Assembly (NCBI GenBank): GCA_018238625.1
Contig: JABCSY010000083.1
Coordinates: 1 to 18,338 of the forward strand
Length of the DNA: 18,338 bases
Reading direction: 5' to 3'
Source: Promethearchaeota archaeon
GTDB lineage: Archaea > Asgardarchaeota > Lokiarchaeia > Sigyniarchaeales > SOKP01
Part shown: piece after piece, positions 1-7,602 of the stretch
Layout: each line of letters starts with the position of its first letter
Position numbering within the stretch: the stretch's first letter is position 1
The notes under the pieces: model-generated
Told to the model about the DNA's origin: nothing
Databases searched by the model: none
Seen by the model: the letters and a program-made list of their open reading frames with translations, nothing else
Made by a program: the position numbers and the translations under genes

Positions 1-1249
1 CCTGGCGGATTGATGTCTGACCGGTGAGCAGCATTACCAGGCGGTCGATGCCGACCCCCAGGCCGCCGGTGGGCGGCATACCGTACTCCAGTGCCAGCAG
101 GAAGTCTTCGTCAACGGCTTCCTCTATCTCGCCTTCCGCCTGGCGGCTCTTTTGCTGCTCGATGAAGCGCTTTCTCTGCTCGAGCGGGTCATTGAGCTCG
201 GTAAAGGCATTGGCGACCTCCATACCGCCTATGAAAACTTCAAAGCGTTCCACCAGACGTTCATTACCTCGCTTCCTTTTAGCCAAAGGCGACATCTCCA
301 CAGGATAATCGAGAAGAAATGTGGGCTGGATAAGGTTAGGCTCGACGCAGGTGGAAATTAATTCGTCTATAAGTCTACCCCTCTGCTTGGCAGGGTCAAC
401 TTCCATACCCAATTCCATCATCCGCGACCTCAAGGAAGAGGTATCTGAATAATCCTCGAAGTCAAGACCGCAGTAATTCCCGACCGCCTCCCGCAGGCTA
501 AGTCTTGGCCAGGGAGGAGTAAAATCAATGAGCTGTCCATTAAAACTAATTTCGGCTTTGCCCAGAACTCCACGAGCAGTGGTTAAAAACATATACTCAA
601 CCAAACTCATCACATCGTTATAATCGGCATAAGCCTCATAGCTTTCCAGCATGGTGAACTCGGGATTATGTTTGGTGGAAATGCCTTCGTTGCGAAAAAC
701 CCGCCCAATCTCATAAACCTTGTCCAGGCCACCCACTATCAGCCGCTTGAGATGGAGTTCCAGGGCAATGCGCAAATACAGGTCTTCATCAAGGGCGTGG
801 TGATGAGTGATAAAAGGTTGAGCCAGAGCTCCACCAGCCTGTGGCTGTAATACTGGTGTTTCCACCTCCACAAATCCCCGCTCATTCAAGAAGTGCCTCA
901 CAGCAGCTATGATGCGACTGCGCATTATGAAAATGGGCTTGGTTTCCTCATTGGTAATGAGGTCAAGGTAGCGCTGTCGATAGCGCTTTTCAACATCAAC
1001 CATTCCATGCCATTTCTCAGGCAGGGGCTGCAGGGATTTAGACAAGATGGTGAAGTCGTTTACCTCAAGGCTAATCTCTCCGCTCTTTGTCCGGAAAAGC
1101 TTGCCCTCCGCCCCAATAATGTCGCCAATATCAAGGTCACGAAGTAGCTTATATTTGTCTTCGCCGAGTGGGTCGCGGCCAAAATAAAGCTGAATCTTCC
1201 CCGAACCATCGCGGATATCAAGAAAGGCAACTTTGCCCATAAAGCGGCT
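1..1249 (-). CDS. lysS: Class II lysyl-tRNA synthetase, partial (N-terminus missing at the ~1250 junction, 3' end runs off the window); bacterial type
   Basis: Manual minus-strand translation gives SRFMGKVAFLDIRDGSGKIQLYF, PLPEKWHG, RYRQRYLDL, FVEVETPVLQ, YLRIALELHLKRLIVGG, GRVFRNEGISTKHNPEFTMLE, PTFLLDYPVEMSPLAK, ANAFTELNDP and DEDFLLALEYGMPPTGGLGVGIDRL, all class II LysRS motifs. An in-frame TAA at 1264-1262 cuts the frame upstream. Confidence 0.97.
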
Positions 1250-2371
1250 TTGTTTAATTCTTTATTATTTGTTTTTTCCAAAAAAACTTTCCAGATATTC
1301 GTTACACATTCTCCAAATAATTTATTTATTTCAATTAAATATCCTTATTATTCAGATAATATATCACTTATAAAATTAAATTCTTCAGGGGAGATTCTTT
1401 TTTCAAAAGAATTTAGTCTAGACTTACATAATCATGATGTTTCTTTAGTTTTAGGTGAAAATAATTCCCTGCTAATTGTCGGTAGTTTTGATTATTATAG
1501 GAGAATATTTATAATGAAATTTAATAATGCTGGCCAATTCTTATGGAATACTTCATTTATCAGTAATTATTTTTTTATACATCCTTATATCGTAACAGAT
1601 TCCGAATATAACATGTATCTTGTGAATAATTCTTTATGTAGCTTGTCTAGCTTGGTTAAAATTAATAGTTCAGGGGCTATAGTGTGGCAAATGGGTTTAG
1701 AAAATATTAAAAAATTAATAGTAGATTCTGATAATAATTTATTTATCTTGTGGAAGAATTCTTCTACAGGATATATTCTAAAATTAAATAGTACTGGGAA
1801 TCAAATCAAGGAGATTCTAATAGAAAATTTCGACGCTTACTTTGCAAATATTTGGCATTTGAATGATTTATTTGTATTTAATAGGTATAATAGGTTAATT
1901 TTATGTTATGATTTAAATCTATATCTAAAATGGAGCTTTTCATTATCCGATTATATTAATCCCCATTCTCATCCTCAGACCTTTCTAGCTAAGGATTCAC
2001 ACGACAATGTTTACATCATCCAGAATAATGAGATAGGAAATATTAATTTAGTTAAAATTAGTAGTACTGGTGAATTTCTTTCAAGAATTACTTGGGGTGG
2101 TATTCTTAATGAAAAACCAAGATCTCTGATTATAGATTTAGATAATAACATCTATTTTAGTTGTTTTTGCGAATATTTTGATGTTTGGAGAGAGAGGTAT
2201 GCATACAATATATTAGTTAAAAATCCTGTAAATGGGGGTATTCCTCCCGAACCTATAAGGGATTTGGACATACGCGACTATTTTCTCTTCAGCGTCGTAG
2301 GTATTGCATGTATAATTTCTCCAATAGCATTATTATCGATATTAAGAAGTAATAAGAAAAGAATTGGTTAA
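1250..2371 (+). CDS. Membrane-anchored beta-propeller (SBBP-like) repeat protein, probably 5'-truncated at the junction
   Basis: Repeated blades LIKLNSSGEILF, IMKFNNAGQFLWN, LVKINSSGAIVWQ, ILKLNSTGNQI, LVKISSTGEFL plus DSxxNxY turns. C-terminal TM (YFLFSVVGIACIISPIALLSIL) followed by RSNKKR. The TTG start coincides with the composition break and no clear signal peptide is present. Confidence 0.7.
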   Translation: MFNSLLFVFSKKTFQIFVTHSPNNLFISIKYPYYSDNISLIKLNSSGEILFSKEFSLDLHNHDVSLVLGENNSLLIVGSFDYYRRIFIMKFNNAGQFLWNTSFISNYFFIHPYIVTDSEYNMYLVNNSLCSLSSLVKINSSGAIVWQMGLENIKKLIVDSDNNLFILWKNSSTGYILKLNSTGNQIKEILIENFDAYFANIWHLNDLFVFNRYNRLILCYDLNLYLKWSFSLSDYINPHSHPQTFLAKDSHDNVYIIQNNEIGNINLVKISSTGEFLSRITWGGILNEKPRSLIIDLDNNIYFSCFCEYFDVWRERYAYNILVKNPVNGGIPPEPIRDLDIRDYFLFSVVGIACIISPIALLSILRSNKKRIG

Positions 2372-2376
2372 TTTGT

Positions 2377-2889
2377 TTAAAAATATATGGGCAAATAAGC
2401 TAAGAAACCAACGAGAAAAGAAATTAAATTAGCAGAAAAGGTCATTCTAAGTATATATTTTGACGATAATTCTACATCTACTCCTTTTTGTAATTCAATT
2501 CTTAAGAGATACGATTCAATGAAAACAACTCCAATCTCTGTGAGAAATACGTAAAACAAAAAGAATAGCAAGAAATATATATAGAAAAAATAGGCAATGA
2601 TTTGTGTTAGCGGAAAGGTAACAAGATTAATTCTTAAAAATAATCTATAACGGCTTCTCGAGCTATCCTTAAATCTATGTTTTTTAAAAAACTTTGAATT
2701 AAAATAAGCGTACTCTACCCATGCCCCTATAAAAAACATGATTATTAACAGGGGGACTCTGATAAAGGGGCTTTCAATTGGGCCCATCACCTCCAAACCA
2801 ATATTTCCATAAACATTCTGAGTAAATTCAGAATACAAAAATACGAATACACCTATAACTAAAAAGATTGCTTTCCTTTTCACATTCAC
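2377..2889 (-). CDS. Hypothetical multi-pass membrane protein, 170 aa
   Basis: About 5 hydrophobic segments with embedded polar motifs INLVTFPLTQ, TEIGVVFIES, SANLISFLVG. GTG start. Confidence 0.8.
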   Translation of the reverse strand: MNVKRKAIFLVIGVFVFLYSEFTQNVYGNIGLEVMGPIESPFIRVPLLIIMFFIGAWVEYAYFNSKFFKKHRFKDSSRSRYRLFLRINLVTFPLTQIIAYFFYIYFLLFFLFYVFLTEIGVVFIESYLLRIELQKGVDVELSSKYILRMTFSANLISFLVGFLAYLPIYF

Positions 2890-3004
2890 ATTAATAATTT
2901 AGACATGGAAATTTAAATACTCATTGGTTCTCAAGTAATACTTCCCAAAAACTATTATATAGAGATGCTTTTCTTTTTATCAGATTTTTTTTCTTTTCTT
3001 TCAT

Positions 3005-3061
3005 TCATGTTAAGCTAATCTTGTGATATTTTTCAATTGAGATTAGTGGTTCAAATTTAGG
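3005..3061 (-). pseudogene. 3' remnant of a paralog of the methyltransferase-TPR gene
   Basis: Reads PKFEPLISIEKYHKISLT*, matching the end of 4075..5394 (PKFDPII). 25/36 nt identical with mismatches mostly at third codon positions. No start codon; in-frame stop at 3079-3077. Confidence 0.5.
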
Positions 3062-3158
3062 GATAAATAAGGGATCTTATATTAAGAGACTTTGCCCTAC
3101 AGAGCAACGCTGTCCGAACTGTAGAAAACTTTTTGATATATTTATGTGTGCTAAAGAG

Positions 3159-3758
3159 TTATAAAAAGAATAATAAGTTAAATATCAAAATTAACACAGT
3201 AACTATTATTCCTATATAGAAAAAACTTTTTTTTGACTCATTTAAAGAAATAATACTTCCTAATCCAATTAAAAAGATGGCAATATTGATCCCAAAAGAA
3301 CCAAAGCCGTATAACCGGTAACTCCAAAAAGATGCGTGAGTAAACATAACGGGTTCTAAATCTGGCATGAGAGAAAAAGCGTATTCTATAAATTTTATGT
3401 TTAAAGTTATTGAGAGATAAATTAAAACTATAAAAATAAATATTAATTCTCCATAGGATTTCCTATTTATATTGTTTAAACCAAATTCTATAGAAAGAAT
3501 TAATATCAAAATCGCAAAGAAAAGCACAACCATAGATAAGACTATATTTAGTCTAAAAGGTATTGCTAATGAAAATATTTGATCTTGTTCTTGATAAATT
3601 CCCAAATACCACACGTTGGATTGACTTGAGATTGATATCCCTTCTTCCCCCTTAGAAATTGCAAATGGTGTGAAAAGTGCAATTATTATTAGAATTGAAC
3701 TTAGTAAAGGTATTAACGCTAATGGGTTCCTTACAATCGTCTTAATTTTATCAATCAT
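3159..3758 (-). CDS. Hypothetical multi-pass membrane protein, 199 aa
   Basis: About 5 hydrophobic segments. ATG start 18 nt downstream of the 89-aa peptide gene on the same strand. Confidence 0.82.
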   Translation of the reverse strand: MIDKIKTIVRNPLALIPLLSSILIIIALFTPFAISKGEEGISISSQSNVWYLGIYQEQDQIFSLAIPFRLNIVLSMVVLFFAILILILSIEFGLNNINRKSYGELIFIFIVLIYLSITLNIKFIEYAFSLMPDLEPVMFTHASFWSYRLYGFGSFGINIAIFLIGLGSIISLNESKKSFFYIGIIVTVLILIFNLLFFL

Positions 3759-3776
3759 ATTTACACATAAATCTCT

Positions 3777-4046
3777 CTAAATAACTTGAAATTTCTTTTT
3801 AAAATCTCTAAGTTTTACAGTCGAGTATAGTGCACCAGAGGGGTAGACATTTTCGTTTATTTTTCCAACTATAAAAATTAAAGAGTTAAACCATCCTATT
3901 ATAATTAGGAACATGACGACAATTAGCAGAAGTCTCCATAAATAAGCATGTTTACTATTATCAAAAATCATTATCTGATTTATCTCTTTTTTGGTTAATC
4001 CTAATTCTTTTCCTACTTCATAAAATTTTATTTTATCACCAATCAA
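3777..4046 (-). CDS. Small hydrophobic peptide, paralog 4 (candidate radical SAM substrate)
   Basis: VGKELGLTKKEIN, hydrophobic core, VYPSGALYSTVKLRDF. TTG start preceded by GAGGG. Confidence 0.88.
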   Translation of the reverse strand: MIGDKIKFYEVGKELGLTKKEINQIMIFDNSKHAYLWRLLLIVVMFLIIIGWFNSLIFIVGKINENVYPSGALYSTVKLRDFKKKFQVI

Positions 4047-4074
4047 ATTTTTTCCCTCAAATTAAAAATAATCT

Positions 4075-5394
4075 TTAATATATTATCGGATCGAACTTAG
4101 GTTTATTTCCCTTCCTTTTTTTAATCCAATTGAATTCTTTCTGGATTTGCGATTTTAAATCTTGTTTATTTTCAACATTGGTTATCTTTATTAGACGCAA
4201 TGTCTTCTTATAAACTTTTTCTGATTGATCATATGATTTTAGTCTTGCTAATGTTTTACTTAAATTCCAGAAAAATAAATAATTATCTCGATTTAATTTA
4301 ATTGCTCTCAAAAATAAATTATGAGCGTGAGTATAATTATTTTGATGAAAAGATTTAATTCCGAGATAAAATAAGTTTAACCCTTTTCTCTCAATTAAAG
4401 TGGTTGAGAATATTTTATTATTTAAATCTTTAGAGGATTTGTGCAGAGTTTTAAGTTTTTCAATAAGTTTTTCTCGATTTTCCTTGGAATTTAGAAGATT
4501 TTCTATTAATTTTCTCGCAAACGATTCTACTGAAAAAAAGATAATTCTTTGCGATCCGGGATTTGTAGGACCTTCAGCTATAGAATTAAAAAGAATATTT
4601 ACAATTTGATGTTCAATTAAAAGCTCTGATATTTCTTTAATATTTAAGTATTCTACGTGAGAGATATAGTTTTCATTTTGTATAGCTAGTAATAAGGATT
4701 TAACGACTTCAGGCCATTTAAACAACAGTTCGACAAATAATTCCTTAGTTAACCCTTTTATTTTTGTTTTTTTTAACTCAAGTAGCTTTAATGCTATGTA
4801 AGTTATTAAATCTTCTTGCTCTTTAGCTAAGAAGGAATCAGCAAAATCAATTTGGTCGCTTAAAAGTAGCTCTTTACGGAGATTAGAAATAACTTGAAAT
4901 ACTTCAAGTTCATTGCTATTACCACTTTTATAGCATTCAAACCTAACTGAGGGAATAGCCTCATCGTTATAAAAACTTGAAGTCGTATTATTATCGAATC
5001 CTGCATTTTCCAATAGTTCGATTAAGAGGAACGGGGGAAAACATAATTTATGCTGCAGTCCTTTATGAGGTATTCCAAAAAACCATCCCAATATTTCTTT
5101 TTTTTGTTCTTCGTTAGCTTTTAAATAATGCTGGCAAGCTTTCTCAAGATCAGGAGTTTCAAGGATTAATTTCCCATTAGGTTCTAACACTCTAAAAAAT
5201 TCACTAAGAGCATAAATAGTTTCAAAAAAACTTAAGTGTTCAATTATATGGATCGCTTTAATTTCATCGCAAGTATTGTCGTCAAAATCAAGGCTAAAAG
5301 CTGACATCAGTTTATCAGCCACCAAATCTTCGTACAAATCGATATTACAATAATCGGGATCGTATTTTTTTCCGCAACCAATATTAAGCTTCAT
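4075..5394 (-). CDS. Class I SAM-dependent methyltransferase with C-terminal TPR-like repeats
   Basis: N-terminal KLNIGCG motif I, NID, HIIEHL, EFFRVLEPNGKLILETPD. C-terminal TPR-like YLGIKSFHQNNYTHAHNLFLRAIKLNRDNYLFFWNLSKTLARLKSYDQSEKVYKKTL. Start overlaps the upstream stop (ATGA, 5394-5391). Confidence 0.88.
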   Translation of the reverse strand: MKLNIGCGKKYDPDYCNIDLYEDLVADKLMSAFSLDFDDNTCDEIKAIHIIEHLSFFETIYALSEFFRVLEPNGKLILETPDLEKACQHYLKANEEQKKEILGWFFGIPHKGLQHKLCFPPFLLIELLENAGFDNNTTSSFYNDEAIPSVRFECYKSGNSNELEVFQVISNLRKELLLSDQIDFADSFLAKEQEDLITYIALKLLELKKTKIKGLTKELFVELLFKWPEVVKSLLLAIQNENYISHVEYLNIKEISELLIEHQIVNILFNSIAEGPTNPGSQRIIFFSVESFARKLIENLLNSKENREKLIEKLKTLHKSSKDLNNKIFSTTLIERKGLNLFYLGIKSFHQNNYTHAHNLFLRAIKLNRDNYLFFWNLSKTLARLKSYDQSEKVYKKTLRLIKITNVENKQDLKSQIQKEFNWIKKRKGNKPKFDPIIY

Positions 5395-5639
5395 TTTTTT
5401 TTATCAAAGTCTTTAATTCTTACAGTTGAATACTTTGTTCCGCTAGGATAAGTGTTGCTAATCGTTGATTCAATAAATAACCCAATAAAATAGGCCACAA
5501 TTGAAAATGTTATGATAAAAATAATCAGCAATATGGTTCTATTCTTAATATTATCAGAGAATAAAACTTTGTTTATTTCTTTTTTAGATAATCCTAATTC
5601 TTTCCCGATTTTATGTAGTTGGATCAAATCTTTCATCAT
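5391..5639 (-). CDS. Small hydrophobic peptide, paralog 3 (candidate radical SAM substrate)
   Basis: IGKELGLSKKEIN, hydrophobic core, TYPSGTKYSTVRIKDF. Confidence 0.88.
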   Translation of the reverse strand: MMKDLIQLHKIGKELGLSKKEINKVLFSDNIKNRTILLIIFIITFSIVAYFIGLFIESTISNTYPSGTKYSTVRIKDFDKKK

Positions 5640-5736
5640 TTTCTCAATAATCGCTCAAATTTTAAAGTTAATTTAATTTTTATATTTTTACCATCAAATT
5701 AAATTTTATGATTTCTTTAAGAAAAAAGTGTTGAAT

Positions 5737-6000
5737 TTAGCTTTTTTCGTTGAAATCTTTTATTTTAACAGTAGAATATAATGTTCCGGTTTGATAAGTA
5801 TTATTTTTTGGAACATATGGTGGTACAGATAAACAAGAGACTATAACTAAAATAAATATAAACATGAGAATTATAATTAGTATAAATCCCCCAAAATCTC
5901 TATCCTTAAAGTTGTCATATAAAAAGATTTTATCTATTTCTTTTTTTTTTAATCCCAATTCTCTTCCTATCTTATACAGTTGAAATAATTCTCTTTTCAT
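5737..6000 (-). CDS. Small hydrophobic peptide, paralog 2 (candidate radical SAM substrate)
   Basis: IGRELGLKKKEID, hydrophobic core, TYQTGTLYSTVKIKDF. SD-like AAGGAGG upstream, overlapping the previous stop. Confidence 0.88.
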   Translation of the reverse strand: MKRELFQLYKIGRELGLKKKEIDKIFLYDNFKDRDFGGFILIIILMFIFILVIVSCLSVPPYVPKNNTYQTGTLYSTVKIKDFNEKS

Positions 6001-6087
6001 TTTCTAAATCATCCCTCCTTATTTGAACTTTATACTATCATTTTTAGCTCTAAAATCTTTTATTCTAACAGTAGAATATAATGTTCC
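5753..6087. repeat. 35-bp direct repeat (5753-5787 and 6053-6087) encoding GTLYSTV(K/R)IKDF
   Basis: AAATCTTTTATT(T/C)TAACAGTAGAATATAATGTTCC, 34/35 identical, 300 bp apart. Confidence 0.9.
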
Positions 6088-6285
6088 AGCAGGATAAATA
6101 TGTCTTGAGGCTTCAATTCCTAAAATAATAACGAAAATTCCCAAAAAAATAAATACGATTATCATTAGGATTTTGTAAAATAATGGATATCTACTATCGT
6201 CAAATAAAAAAACTCTATTAATTTCTTTCTTACTTAATCCTAACTCTTTACCGATTTTATATAATTGAAAAAGATTTTCTAACAT
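6019..6285 (-). CDS. Small hydrophobic peptide, paralog 1 (candidate radical SAM substrate)
   Basis: IGKELGLSKKEIN, hydrophobic core, IYPAGTLYSTVRIKDF. GGAG upstream; 34 nt after the radical SAM stop. Confidence 0.88.
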   Translation of the reverse strand: MLENLFQLYKIGKELGLSKKEINRVFLFDDSRYPLFYKILMIIVFIFLGIFVIILGIEASRHIYPAGTLYSTVRIKDFRAKNDSIKFK

Positions 6286-6319
6286 TCTTAGGATATCTCC
6301 ATTAAATTCTGTTATCAGA

Positions 6320-7423
6320 TTATTTGAATATTAAGTTTTGATACATATTTTTTAATATTGAAATTGTTGAATCCAGTTTCCCTTTAATTGGTAATTGTTT
6401 CGATGAAAACATTTTATTTTCGATTGCTCTTAGGCAATAAGGCTCATCAAATTCTTTTAGTGCAAGGGCTGTTCCTAAACATCCTCCTCGACATATTTTT
6501 ACCATATCACAATCTACGCAATAACCTTTTAACTGTTTTTGCTTTAACCTTATCTTTTCCAAAATCGTTTTCAAACTCTGCGTTCTAACATTTCCTTCGA
6601 CAAATCCATCTGGGAGCGTTAAACACCCTTTTATGTTTCCATTGCTCTGAATACCTAAAACCGATAATCCCGCTTGGCATCCTACCCATGGATCCAACCC
6701 TAAATTTGGTATGAACCTTGAAAAATAACCGAAACAATGGGCACCAATAACGGGTAATCTTTTATAGGAATACTTTTTAACATTTATCGCAATGAATAAT
6801 GCAACGGTGTAAAATTCCTCCCTTGAAATCGTTAATTCTCTTGGGAAGCGTCCAATAGGGATTGCTATCTGGATTTGCCAAGCAATATTTCGATCTAATA
6901 ATATATCTTTTATCTTATCTAGTTCATTTAAATTAGTTTTACTTACTGCTGTAATAACACTGACTGGTAGTTTTTCTTCTTTTAACCTGTTAATCGCATT
7001 TAGTGTTTTTTCAAATGCTCCTGGAATACCTCTAAGATAATCGTGGACTTTCGCTGACCCTCCATCTAAACTTAGCGATACGCAGTCAACTTTTAAGCTT
7101 TTTAATTTTTGAATGTTATCAATTAAATTTAATCCATTAGTAACAATTGATAATTCCAGCTTATTTTTTTTAATTTCTCTCGCAATTTCATACCAGTCGT
7201 CTCTAATTAGTGGTTCTCCTCCCATTAAAGCAACTCCTTTATAACCGCAATCACGGATTTCCCTAACTAATTTTAAAGATTCTTCGGTATTTAGTTCATC
7301 AGGACGACTTTTTCCTGCTTTTGATCCACAATGAATGCAATTACTATTACACTTTAGCGTAATTTCCCATACAGCGCAAGAGGGTTTAATTCTTTGAGAT
7401 ATTAGAGAAGTAATGCTTGGCAT
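6320..7423 (-). CDS. Radical SAM/SPASM-domain enzyme, putative peptide maturase
   Basis: AVWEITLKCNSNCIHCGSKAG (CxxxCxxC), MGGEP, VTNG, SLSLDG. SPASM cysteines in GCQAG, GNIKGC, CVDCDMVKICRGGC (CX2CX5CX3C) and PYC. Confidence 0.95.
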   Translation of the reverse strand: MPSITSLISQRIKPSCAVWEITLKCNSNCIHCGSKAGKSRPDELNTEESLKLVREIRDCGYKGVALMGGEPLIRDDWYEIAREIKKNKLELSIVTNGLNLIDNIQKLKSLKVDCVSLSLDGGSAKVHDYLRGIPGAFEKTLNAINRLKEEKLPVSVITAVSKTNLNELDKIKDILLDRNIAWQIQIAIPIGRFPRELTISREEFYTVALFIAINVKKYSYKRLPVIGAHCFGYFSRFIPNLGLDPWVGCQAGLSVLGIQSNGNIKGCLTLPDGFVEGNVRTQSLKTILEKIRLKQKQLKGYCVDCDMVKICRGGCLGTALALKEFDEPYCLRAIENKMFSSKQLPIKGKLDSTISILKNMYQNLIFK

Positions 7424-7472
7424 ATCTTTAATTTGGATTCAGTTTATTAAATAATAAGTTATTAAGTAAATT

Positions 7473-7483
7473 ATTAAATGTTT
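7473..7483 (-). promoter_or_regulatory. Possible archaeal BRE/TATA element of the radical SAM operon
   Basis: Minus-strand AAACATTTAAT about 50 nt upstream of the ATG. The same 11-mer lies upstream of mscL (12269-12279, minus). The AT-rich background weakens this. Confidence 0.3.
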
Positions 7484-7602
7484 CCATCCAAAATCCATAA
7501 CTGTTGAAAAATTGCTATATGCCAGAAATTAAAAATATATAGCTAATCTTTAAATCTTTTTTTTAATCATCTTGTGTTGAATAGTTAAAAATCTGAAAAA
7601 TC

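Noticed and set aside
24-1147. Plus-strand ORFs 24..308, 152..361, 668..850 and 893..1147
   Set aside because: Antisense shadows of lysS.
1060-1281. 73-aa minus-strand ORF spanning the junction
   Set aside because: Off-frame overlap with lysS that crosses the composition break; no recognisable motif.
2806-2814. VYG in the 170-aa protein as a splicease site
   Set aside because: It follows the N-terminal hydrophobic stretch and fits a signal-peptidase-like V-x-G site better. YG dipeptides in the 199-aa protein are equally unremarkable.
2921-3004. 27-aa minus-strand ORF MKEKKKNLIKRKASLYNSFWEVLLENQ as a fifth precursor
   Set aside because: Lacks both conserved motifs and derives largely from an A-rich tract.
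3777-6285. Peptide N-motif as a death-domain or HTH fragment, or the peptides as type IV pilins
   Set aside because: ELGLSKKEI resembles such helices but is far too short for either fold, and there is no class III signal peptide cleavage motif before the hydrophobic stretch.
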